Shown piece by piece: positions 56,080 to 64,000 of a stretch of 64,000 nt of DNA. Numbering within the stretch: the first letter of the stretch is position 1; the number at the start of each line of letters is the position of its first letter. The stretch is from Nitrospirales bacterium (lineage in GTDB: Bacteria; Nitrospirota; Nitrospiria; Nitrospirales; UBA8639), in the NCBI GenBank assembly GCA_965223295.1, contig CBDCWC010000002.1, forward strand, positions 608,001 through 672,000. The letters run 5' to 3'. Position numbers and translations under genes: made by a program. The notes beneath the pieces were generated by a model, which was given only the letters and a program-made list of their open reading frames with translations, had not been told where the DNA came from and searched no databases.

Positions 56080-57173
56080 GTCGATTAACCGCCAACTTTG
56101 ATCTGGCCTTTTCCACCTTTCGGCTGACGGTTAACATCGCAGTTCCCGCCAAAGGCATCATAGCAGTCTTTGGCCCATCAGGATGCGGCAAAACAACATT
56201 ATTGCGATGTCTCGCAGGTTTGGAGCATGCATCCTCAGGAACCATGACCCTAGGTGACGACACTTGGCAGGACGAAAGTCGAAACATTTTTGTTCCGCTA
56301 CCTCAACGGTCTCTTGGCTATGTCTTTCAAGAGTCTCGCCTCTTTCCTCATTTAAACGTACGAGCCAACTTACATTACGGCTGGAAGCGCATTGCAGAAG
56401 CCTCACGGCGCATCACCTTCGAGCAAGTCGTCCATGTTCTAGGCCTTGAACCACTTCTCGAACGCCGTCCTGCCTCGTTATCTGGAGGAGAGCAACAACG
56501 CGTGGCGATCGGCCGCGCCTTATTGACTAGTCCCAAACTCTTGCTCATGGATGAACCGCTTAGCTCACTTGATGCACAACGGAAACGAGAAATCCTACCC
56601 TTCATCCAACGACTGGAAACAGAATTTCACATTCCCATTGTCTACGTCAGCCATGACCTCGGTGAAATTGTCGAGCTTGCGAAAACTGTGGTGTTCTTGA
56701 AAGAAGGAAAGGTGGAAGAAATTGGACCGATTGGGGATGTCTTCTCGCAACTAAACCTACGGCATCTCGTTCAAGAGCACCATCTCGGGGCAATTGTGGA
56801 CACCACTATTGCCGCGCAAGATCAGGAATTTGGCCTCACAAAATTGGCGTTTGCCGGTGGCCATCTTCATGTTCCACGTCAACAAGGAGAGATAGGAAAG
56901 CCTCTGCGGGTACAAATTCTGGCTAAGGACGTCAGTATTGTATCGAGTCCGCTCTCGTTTCAAACCAGTGTTCTCAATCTTCTGGAAGCGACCATCGTAG
57001 AAATAGGAAAGATCAATACGGAACATCCTTTTATAGACATTAAACTTGATATCGGTTGTCCTCTACTCGCCACCATTACCCGCAAATCATTGACCAGGCT
57101 CCAGCTCAAGCCAGGCCAACGTGTCCATGCTCAAATCAAAGCTGTCGCCTTTAACTCAGAAGTCTCCAAATAA
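56076..57173 (+). CDS. modC: Molybdate ABC transporter ATPase with C-terminal TOBE
   Basis: GPSGCGKTT, LSGGEQQR, LLMDEP and LLATITRKS...L.LKPG..V.AQIK motifs. Confidence 0.95.
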   Translation: MSRLTANFDLAFSTFRLTVNIAVPAKGIIAVFGPSGCGKTTLLRCLAGLEHASSGTMTLGDDTWQDESRNIFVPLPQRSLGYVFQESRLFPHLNVRANLHYGWKRIAEASRRITFEQVVHVLGLEPLLERRPASLSGGEQQRVAIGRALLTSPKLLLMDEPLSSLDAQRKREILPFIQRLETEFHIPIVYVSHDLGEIVELAKTVVFLKEGKVEEIGPIGDVFSQLNLRHLVQEHHLGAIVDTTIAAQDQEFGLTKLAFAGGHLHVPRQQGEIGKPLRVQILAKDVSIVSSPLSFQTSVLNLLEATIVEIGKINTEHPFIDIKLDIGCPLLATITRKSLTRLQLKPGQRVHAQIKAVAFNSEVSK

Positions 57174-57340
57174 TAACCATCAAAAATTCCATTTCGTAAC
57201 CTATTTTTGGCAATAATTTTCTTGTCGCTCCTCCGCCACTTCTCAGTACACCGCAATTGCTGTCTATTTTTGAATATTTAGACTTTACGGTTTTCAGCCG
57301 AAACACACTCTAAGTTCACACTAACTCTTTCTATCAAAGT

Positions 57341-57905
57341 TAGCGCGGAGGACCACGCGGCGTGAGCCTGTGGGTGAAAGCGCTCCCCGCTGGAAGCGGG
57401 GGGCTCCTTGCCACATGAGGGATTTTTGATGATTATGGCGCATGGAAGTTCGCCTCAGTGGCCATGGGGCCTATCAGCACCACTATCATGTGGTGTGGGT
57501 TCCCAAGTATCGTCGGCGCATTTTGCGGGGGACAATCAAACTCTTTGTCCAGGAGCAATTACCTCAGATTCAACCTTTTCATCCTGAGGTAGAGGTCCAG
57601 CAATGGAGTGTGCAGATTGACCATATTCACATGGTGGTGGTGATCCCTCCGAAATATGCAGTCTCGAGTATTGTGGGCAAGATGAAAGCCAATTTGAGTC
57701 GACAACTGGGACTTCGATATCCCGAACTGAAGCGGACGTACTGGGGAGCAGTGTTGTGGTCTCCGGGATTTTTCTCTTCGACGGTGGGGTTGAATGAGGC
57801 AGTAATCCGGCGGTACGTGGAGCATCAAGAACGAGTGGACAAAGGGCAGCTTCAACTTGAATTTGAATTTTAAGTGCCACGCGGCGTAAGCCCGTGGGTA
57901 TCTAC
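57341..57905 (+). mobile_element. IS200/IS605-family element (tnpA only); ends approximate
   Basis: tnpA is flanked by near-identical subterminal hairpins CCACGCGGCGTGAGCCTGTGG (57353-57373) and CCACGCGGCGTAAGCCCGTGG (57877-57897). GC is higher than in the flanks. Confidence 0.88.
57442..57873 (+). CDS. tnpA: IS200-family Y1 HUH transposase
   Basis: YHVVWVPKYRR, DHIH (HUH), LWSPGFFSSTVG and IRRYVEHQ (catalytic Tyr). Confidence 0.93.
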   Translation: MEVRLSGHGAYQHHYHVVWVPKYRRRILRGTIKLFVQEQLPQIQPFHPEVEVQQWSVQIDHIHMVVVIPPKYAVSSIVGKMKANLSRQLGLRYPELKRTYWGAVLWSPGFFSSTVGLNEAVIRRYVEHQERVDKGQLQLEFEF

Positions 57906-57926
57906 GAGCAATACTAAAATCTTTCA

Positions 57927-58312
57927 ATGTATATTCGCTTCGTCATTCAAACAAAAGACAATGGCTCGGCCGCAGGCAAGGACCATTTCAAGCCTTCGCA
58001 GAACTAAAACAGGCTGACATCCTAAAAGAAAAGGATCTATGCAAATACAAGGAAATCTACAATTGGTTCAGGAATAACCTCAAAGCACCATGTAGGTTTT
58101 CACGCTCCGCTAAACCTCATGCCAAAAATGTTGCAATCAGTTGGTTTAAAGATATGGCCAATGAACATATAGCTAAAATGCACAGTCTTCGACAAATCCT
58201 TGAAGATTATGGAATTTCTGTTGAGATAATTAGAACAAATCGACCAGGATATATTGTTTATGAGGACAGATATCAAATAGCAGCGGAGCCCTTCAATGAT
58301 ACCCCTACATAA
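57927..58312 (+). pseudogene. Frameshifted hypothetical gene (about 128 aa if repaired)
   Basis: ATG at 57927 reads MYIRFVIQTKDNGS and stops after 26 codons. Restoring one base near 57968 gives a continuous GRRQGPFQAF...ISWFKD...RPGYIVYEDRYQIAAEPF frame to the TAA at 58312. Confidence 0.65.
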
Positions 58313-58460
58313 TTAAATACAAACTCTTTGCCAAAAGATTAAGAGCTCAAATCGCTCGTCCTCTCCCGTCACACTTCGACGCCTACTGATTTGCCGTTGA
58401 TTCGGATGCTTTTATCATACGACTGACCTTGTATGAGTGAAGGAATTACTCCTCCAGTCG

Positions 58461-58537
58461 TTAGGGGTCAGACTCGAAATGAAATTTACCTATACAGGCC
58501 CGAATATGATGAAAATTTATTCGAGTCTGACCCCTAA
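58461..58537. repeat. REP/REPIN-like perfect 18-bp inverted repeat with 41-bp spacer
   Basis: TTAGGGGTCAGACTCGAA (58461-58478) and TTCGAGTCTGACCCCTAA (58520-58537). Confidence 0.8.
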
Positions 58538-58552
58538 TACAAACAGCCTCTG

Positions 58553-59758
58553 TTACCATTCGAGGGTTTTTCCGATGTCGGCAAGATTATATCCTCCAAG
58601 CGCCTCAACCTCTCGTCGAAAAGGTTTGCTCACAACCGCATCTAAAAACGTCGAGGCCATGGGATGTCGATTGAGAAAGTCTGTGTGCATGATTAAGTCA
58701 TACTGTTCTTCTCGAAGCGGAATAAAGCCCAACCCAAAATAGCGGGCAGCTGATTCAACACCAATACCTACATCCGCTCGTCCATCCCGCATATAACGAG
58801 CGACCTCTATATGAGACGTCACTTCATTCTGATAACCTGTAAGTTTTTCTGCCGTGATTCCTGCTTCTTCGAGTAGCGCATCTAAGAAAAATCTTGCACC
58901 GGCTCCCACCTCACGATTCACAAGACGGATGCCTGGCTTCACCAAATCTTGAATGGTCTTGATCTGTTTAGGATTGCCGGATTGAATGAGCAACCCCTGC
59001 ACCCACGATGCAAAATGCACCCCAACAAAACTCCGGTTGCGTGCATGGCGCTTCAAATAGGGGACATTACTTTGGCCTGATTTTTTATCCACAAGATGTA
59101 AGCCAGCCATATGCACTTCTCCACGTTGAAGTGCCTGAAGGGCATTGGCGCTCCCCAGAGTCCAATTCGTGACGCTTGAAAGAGCATGAATCTTTCTCAC
59201 GTGTTCTCTCGCCAAAAAAAGTGCGGGGTCACACCCGGCAATCACAAGATTTTTTTCTATCGTTTCTGGGGTATGTAGTAACTTTACAGCCACATGTGCA
59301 TTCTTTGTTCGAGAACCGCGCGAAGAATCCTCGACAATCACTCCATCCGCGGGCATCACAAAATTTAACGTATCTCCAAGATTGGCCATGGGTCTAGCCA
59401 AGACTCGCTCTCCGACTTTTGCCAAATTTACCCGCATGGAATGGTTCTGAGTCGATCGCGATCCAATGAGTTCTGCCTGAATAATGGTTTCTTCTTCTTG
59501 CAAGCTAAACAGATCTTCCACGCGGCAATTTAAAACTTTTGCTAACTGTAGAGAAATTTGTGTGCTGGGCAAATATTGATTGCCCTCAATCGCATAGACC
59601 GCTTGCCGAGTGATTCCAGCTTGTTTAGCTAAAGTCGCTTGAGACAACCCCTGAATTTTCCGTCTTTCCGCTAATCGATTCGTAAACAGTTCTTCCTGAT
59701 GTACGGCGTCGGAAGACGGAAGGCCCTTCTTGGGTGATGACGAGTTTCGCATACGCAT
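58553..59758 (-). CDS. XRE-family HTH regulator with molybdate-type PBP domain
   Basis: N-terminal HTH (LSQATLAKQAGITRQAVYAIEG..YLPS). C-terminal PBP-like domain (AGCDPA, GSANAL..L.RGEVHMAGLHL, VNREVGAGAR, EEQYDL). Near modABC. Confidence 0.85.
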   Translation of the reverse strand: MRMRNSSSPKKGLPSSDAVHQEELFTNRLAERRKIQGLSQATLAKQAGITRQAVYAIEGNQYLPSTQISLQLAKVLNCRVEDLFSLQEEETIIQAELIGSRSTQNHSMRVNLAKVGERVLARPMANLGDTLNFVMPADGVIVEDSSRGSRTKNAHVAVKLLHTPETIEKNLVIAGCDPALFLAREHVRKIHALSSVTNWTLGSANALQALQRGEVHMAGLHLVDKKSGQSNVPYLKRHARNRSFVGVHFASWVQGLLIQSGNPKQIKTIQDLVKPGIRLVNREVGAGARFFLDALLEEAGITAEKLTGYQNEVTSHIEVARYMRDGRADVGIGVESAARYFGLGFIPLREEQYDLIMHTDFLNRHPMASTFLDAVVSKPFRREVEALGGYNLADIGKTLEW

Positions 59759-60084
59759 GCTACTAATTAGAGTCGAAAATGCATAAAATTTCCAGTAAAA
59801 TTGCTGCTTTTCTTATTCCAGTCTTTCCTTGACTGACTATTTTCAAGCAGGTAAGGTTATGGTAATTGATTTAGACGTGAGTCGTCTCCCCCTCCATAAG
59901 TTTCTTTGCTGTTCCCTCCAAGACGAGATCGTGACTACTGGGAGAAATGGCTGTTATTGAGGACAGCTGATTTCTCATCATTCTATGTTCGCTTTTCAGA
60001 AGCCACTACCTGAAAATATGCGTAGCTCTCTACCTCTTTCTTTATTTATACTCCGACCAATTTGCAAAAAGGAGCACTCTTATT

Positions 60085-61131
60085 ATGCTTAGTCGTTTTT
60101 GTGTATTCGTTCTCTTATTTAGTGGCTTCACGACAACCGTCGTTATGGCACATGACCAAGAATCTCATGGCTCACCAAAAATCCCTACCTTAAATAAGCC
60201 CTTGACGTCCATAACTCTTCAACCTAATTCCGTCACTGTCACATTTGGTCCCATCGACCTCCCAGTTCACCATAGCGGAGATTTAGCGGCAAGTATGCCA
60301 AAACATTTTTTCAAGCTTCCTGAAGATCGCTACATGACGGGGTATTCAACTGAAGTCTTTACAAAAGAAGGGAAAACACTACCGCAAGAATACCTCCACC
60401 ATATTTTGCTGTTAGATACAAATCAGGATAGTATTTCCTGTCCTGGGGAACCGTTATTTTTTGCCGGTGCAGGAATGGAAATGCGAGAAACCCGATTTCC
60501 AACTGGTTACGGAGTCAAACTCGATCATACACACAAACTTATGGCCCTTGTCGCCTTTTACCATAAGGCGGCTCCCACAAAAGACGCTATGGCTCGGTTT
60601 ACCATTTATACGGCACCCAAGGGAGAGCAGATGCACCCCATGGAAGTGTATCAAGTTGGAGTCAATGTCGTGTGTTACAGCAAATTTGATCAACGGCCAG
60701 CCAATCAATCTGATGAAGGTATTGCCATTGAACCTGGCGTGCACGTCATGACAGAGCCACTCAAGTTTTTAGTGGATGGATGCGTGAAATATGCCTATCC
60801 CCATGGACATAATGGAGCATTGCTGATTGCGCTGGAAAATCGCACTCGCCAACAAACTTTATTGCGGACAGTGCCAGATGTTCTGGCTGATGGGACACTT
60901 TTGGGCTTTCCAGACCGCCAAGTCTATTCTGATCCGATCGGTTTTCCTGTCACAACGGCTGAAGAATATGAAATGGTGCTGGTCCATCATCGCCCCTTAG
61001 AACAACAGGGAGATATTCGGGGAATGGGCAATTATTTACTCTATATGACACGGGAAGCCTGTCCCACACCAGAAGCAAGCGACTCTGTGGCTGCAGCCAC
61101 AGAGCACCCTAAACAGTCTGAGATTCGATAG
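60085..61131 (+). CDS. Secreted His-rich protein, probable copper type II (PHM/DBH-like) monooxygenase fold
   Basis: Signal peptide and RBS AAGGAG. YLHHILL, FYH, YPHGH and GMG occur in the order of the CuH (HH..H) and CuM (HxH..M) ligands. Confidence 0.6.
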   Translation: MLSRFCVFVLLFSGFTTTVVMAHDQESHGSPKIPTLNKPLTSITLQPNSVTVTFGPIDLPVHHSGDLAASMPKHFFKLPEDRYMTGYSTEVFTKEGKTLPQEYLHHILLLDTNQDSISCPGEPLFFAGAGMEMRETRFPTGYGVKLDHTHKLMALVAFYHKAAPTKDAMARFTIYTAPKGEQMHPMEVYQVGVNVVCYSKFDQRPANQSDEGIAIEPGVHVMTEPLKFLVDGCVKYAYPHGHNGALLIALENRTRQQTLLRTVPDVLADGTLLGFPDRQVYSDPIGFPVTTAEEYEMVLVHHRPLEQQGDIRGMGNYLLYMTREACPTPEASDSVAAATEHPKQSEIR

Positions 61132-61250
61132 TATTTCATGAGGCAGCTGGGCCTCATGTTCTGAGACCTCATTTTTACAGGATGGACCTGTTGAATCATA
61201 CAATTTCAAGTGACGAAAAGGCTTTCAGAGCTATGGGGACTTTAATTCGA

Positions 61251-61374
61251 TGGGAATGGTCAAAAAAGTCCGTCCAGCAAGGCCGAAGCCATTTTTGTGC
61301 GCAGAGGGTACGGGTACTACCTGAGCGCAGAAAAAAGGCGAGAACACCGCTGGCGGCTTTTTTCAACATTCCCA
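61251..61374. repeat. MITE/REP-like intergenic element, un-nested form (copy 3)
   Basis: Terminal IR TGGGAATGGTCAAAAAAG / CTTTTTTCAACATTCCCA (16/18). Core is the reverse complement of copy 1. Lies between convergent genes. Confidence 0.8.
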
Positions 61375-61380
61375 GGATTG

Positions 61381-62064
61381 TTACATTTTGATCATTGACA
61401 ACTGAGAAAGGTCTAATACGATTTCTCCACTTCGCTCATCGCCAAAGACCGCATCAAACAGGTTTTCTGTTTCCGCCAGCACAAAATCGTGCTCTTCTAC
61501 TTCATAAAAAATATCAACTCCTAAGGGCCCCAACGAAAAGAGTGGAAAACGGCGGTCATAAATGAGCCCTGCGGGGGGAATTCCATACACAGCCCGGTAG
61601 TTGCTGAGAATAATATGCAACCGTCCTTCCGTGACGTAAAGCCCTCCTGACGTCACTTCTCGTGTCGTGGCATTCACAGGGTGGCTCAGATAAAACGTGA
61701 CAAGCTCCTGAGGAACCGCCAACTCTAAACCTTCCAGTAGGCGAGGAAGTAACAGGTTCACTTCTTCTTGCCGAAAAACCGGCTCCATCTCGGCCGCTCC
61801 AAGAATCCATTGAATGAACTCCGCACGATGCTCTCGCACACGGAGACCTTGCAGGGCCTGATGAATTTGGCGACGGGATAGAGAAATGGGATGAGCGTTC
61901 CAGGTTGCGGGCTCATCTACCTCAGCCCAGGGGGATGTTTCTAAACGTACAAAAGCTGTCGGATTTTCATAGACTACATAAGAATAGAGGGGCGGAGCTG
62001 TACATCCATAAAATATTCCGGCCAACAACAATGCGAAAACATCATTCCCCCATTGTTTAGGCAT
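61381..62064 (-). CDS. Hypothetical lipoprotein
   Basis: Hydrophobic N-terminus ending FYGC (lipobox-like). Overlaps the cyclophilin stop. Confidence 0.7.
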   Translation of the reverse strand: MPKQWGNDVFALLLAGIFYGCTAPPLYSYVVYENPTAFVRLETSPWAEVDEPATWNAHPISLSRRQIHQALQGLRVREHRAEFIQWILGAAEMEPVFRQEEVNLLLPRLLEGLELAVPQELVTFYLSHPVNATTREVTSGGLYVTEGRLHIILSNYRAVYGIPPAGLIYDRRFPLFSLGPLGVDIFYEVEEHDFVLAETENLFDAVFGDERSGEIVLDLSQLSMIKM

Positions 62065-62581
62065 TGGTTTCGGTAACGGTCATCTTCATCTCAATGCGCT
62101 GAAGGGGATTATCATTTCCATCACGCTCAACATTCACGATGCGGTCAACAACCTCCAGCCCGCTAACCACCTCCCCAAAAGCCGTGTATTGCCCATCCAA
62201 AAAATTCGCATCGGCCACACAGATGAAAAACTGAGAGCCAGCGCTATTAGGATCTTGTGCCCGTGCCATGGATAGGATTCCCCGCTTATGAGGCGTTTGA
62301 TTAAACTCGGCCTTCAACCGGTGCCCAGGTCCACCTGTCCCATGACGAGACCGATCAGCATCCTTACTATTGGGATCGCCTCCCTGAATCATAAACCCGG
62401 GAATCACACGATGAAATGTGGTGCCATCGTAAAATTTATCTTTGGCTAAAGTCACCAAATTGTTCACATGATTGGGAGCCCGATCAGGATATAACTTCAA
62501 TTGAATATCTCCCCAAGACGTTCCCTCTACGTCAATGTCAATCTTAACTCGCGTTTGCTCAGTCACAACAACATCACTCAT
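62057..62581 (-). CDS. Cyclophilin-type peptidyl-prolyl cis-trans isomerase
   Basis: FYDGTTFHRVIPGFMIQGGDP, LSMAR, SAGSQFFI and LDGQYTAFG motifs. Confidence 0.95.
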   Translation of the reverse strand: MSDVVVTEQTRVKIDIDVEGTSWGDIQLKLYPDRAPNHVNNLVTLAKDKFYDGTTFHRVIPGFMIQGGDPNSKDADRSRHGTGGPGHRLKAEFNQTPHKRGILSMARAQDPNSAGSQFFICVADANFLDGQYTAFGEVVSGLEVVDRIVNVERDGNDNPLQRIEMKMTVTETNA

Positions 62582-62619
62582 CTTGAATCTTGGTCCTTTC
62601 TGTTCACGTAATAGATTCG

Positions 62620-63729
62620 TTAATCGTACGGTCCCTTCGGACTCATTTGCAGACCAAAGCCCTGACTAATATTTGTCCAATGTTCACCTCCATCATCACT
62701 CCGGAAGGCTCCGCTGTTGGTTCCCACATACCAATCACCCGAATTCGCGATAGTCAAAGTTTGAATGGCCAAGCGCGTCAGCCCATCATTCATGGGACGC
62801 CATTGTTGCTGATCATGAATCCATCGAAAAATTCCTTTCCCCGTGGCCACCACGACATCTTTTTCGATCGGCACAATTCCTCTAATCGAGTCATTTGGAA
62901 GGCTTCGACTCAACGGCGCCCATGTCGCACCACGATCCACACTCCGAAACACTCCGCCATCTTGGGTGCCTAAATAAATATGTTGTGCCTGATTGATGGC
63001 AATCACACGAAGATAGCGATGCGGCAATCGTTCCCGAGGATCAATAAACACGGATCGGGAATCGACCCACTTGGATACCCCTGTTTCCTGGAGTTGAACA
63101 TGATGCAAGCCCTTCCCAGACGTGGCGGCAAAAAGGCGTCCGTCATCCATGATAGCTAACCCCGGAACCAGCACCCGATCTAAACCGGTTCCGGTTTTAT
63201 GCCACCTTTGGTTGGCTTCCGACCATTCAAAAACTCCCTCGCCAGTTCCAGCATAAACACGATGATCATGAACGAGAAAAGATTTGACTTCAGTATCTTC
63301 TAAGCCCCTGCTAATGGACTCCCATTTTACTCCCTTCAAAGAGAGACGGTAAACTCCACCACGCATAGTTCCCGCGTATACATGCTTCCCCGGTGTCACG
63401 GCAAGACACAGCAGAAAGGGGTCTGTCAGTCCGCGATTGAGCCCTTCCCATGATGCGCCTCTATCTGCACTCCGAAACAATCCCATACCAAATGAACCAG
63501 CATAGAGCATGCCATCCGGCGTCACCACCAATGTTTGAATACTTGGAGCGGCCCCCTCCCAGGGACCATCAGAATCACCTGAATGCGCTAGAGGCAAATT
63601 CGAAACAGGGTACCAGGAAGAAAAAAGAGGGGGAGCTTCGGCAAAGGTTGTGACTGTCGGCAACAGCACTAGGAGACTTACACGGCAAAGCACCCAGAAT
63701 ATAGATATAACATGTCGTTGAAATTTCAT
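62620..63729 (-). CDS. Secreted beta-propeller protein with BNR/Asp-box repeats
   Basis: Repeated FRSxDxGxSW/TW motifs and a signal peptide. Start is at 63729 or 63753. Confidence 0.8.
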   Translation of the reverse strand: MKFQRHVISIFWVLCRVSLLVLLPTVTTFAEAPPLFSSWYPVSNLPLAHSGDSDGPWEGAAPSIQTLVVTPDGMLYAGSFGMGLFRSADRGASWEGLNRGLTDPFLLCLAVTPGKHVYAGTMRGGVYRLSLKGVKWESISRGLEDTEVKSFLVHDHRVYAGTGEGVFEWSEANQRWHKTGTGLDRVLVPGLAIMDDGRLFAATSGKGLHHVQLQETGVSKWVDSRSVFIDPRERLPHRYLRVIAINQAQHIYLGTQDGGVFRSVDRGATWAPLSRSLPNDSIRGIVPIEKDVVVATGKGIFRWIHDQQQWRPMNDGLTRLAIQTLTIANSGDWYVGTNSGAFRSDDGGEHWTNISQGFGLQMSPKGPYD

Positions 63730-63754
63730 GAACGCCTTATCCAGCCCCTGCATG

Positions 63755-64000
63755 TTATAAGATTTCTGATTTCTCTCCCGATACGGATTCTGAATCTTCA
63801 CTATTTTGGTCTTTGGCCACAGGCTTGGGCACACGACCAAAATATTTCGCCCCCCAAATTCCGATTTCGTACAGCACAATTAAGGGTATAGCCATCAATA
63901 ACATCGTAAATAAGGTCGCGTCCGGCGTCACTACCGCTGACAGGATCAACGCCACCATGGCCGCATGTTTACGATATTGCATTAACATTGATGCCTGCAC
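63755..64000 (-). CDS. tatC: Twin-arginine translocase subunit TatC (3' part only)
   Basis: RKHA.....ILSAVVTPDATLFTMLLMAIPLIVLYEIGI is the TatC C-terminal signature. Confidence 0.88.
   Translation of the reverse strand: MQASMLMQYRKHAAMVALILSAVVTPDATLFTMLLMAIPLIVLYEIGIWGAKYFGRVPKPVAKDQNSEDSESVSGEKSEIL

Noticed and set aside
57874-58460. TnpB/IscB nuclease or omega-RNA associated with the IS200 element
   Set aside because: The right-end hairpin follows the tnpA stop directly, and no RuvC-type ORF is present.
53069-61131. tRNA-Phe-anchored genomic island or prophage
   Set aside because: There is no integrase, and I did not see a duplicated tRNA 3' end (att site) in the window.

Overview
Bacterial chromosomal window, mostly housekeeping. 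It contains narK, ribBA-ribH-nusB, purB-C-S-Q-L-F, an LPS/phospholipid/CTP cluster (lepA-lepB-hldA-kdsB-pyrG-kdsA-pgsA-plsY-degP), bioA, and a pyrR-pyrB-pyrC-carA-carB-greA operon with a clear PyrR attenuator. It also has kynA-kynU, proA, tRNA-Phe, modABC with a molybdate-type regulator, an IS200-like element, a cyclophilin and the 3' end of tatC. Gene content and the intergenic repeat family suggest a Nitrospirota (Nitrospira-like) genome, which is an inference and not a database result. The most interesting locus is 15121-20451 (minus strand). It encodes a fusion of a LuxD-like acyl-ACP thioesterase with a SAM methyltransferase, followed by a multi-TM/GAF NtrB-type histidine kinase, and each gene has its own sigma-54 (-24/-12) promoter. 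I propose this is a candidate fatty-acid-derived (possibly methyl ester) signalling system. Other notable items are a secreted protein with the ligand pattern of PHM/DBH-type copper monooxygenases and a DUF62 enzyme with a His-to-Asp active-site change. There are also nested MITE/REP-like repeats, a second REP-like inverted-repeat family and a frameshifted gene next to the IS.
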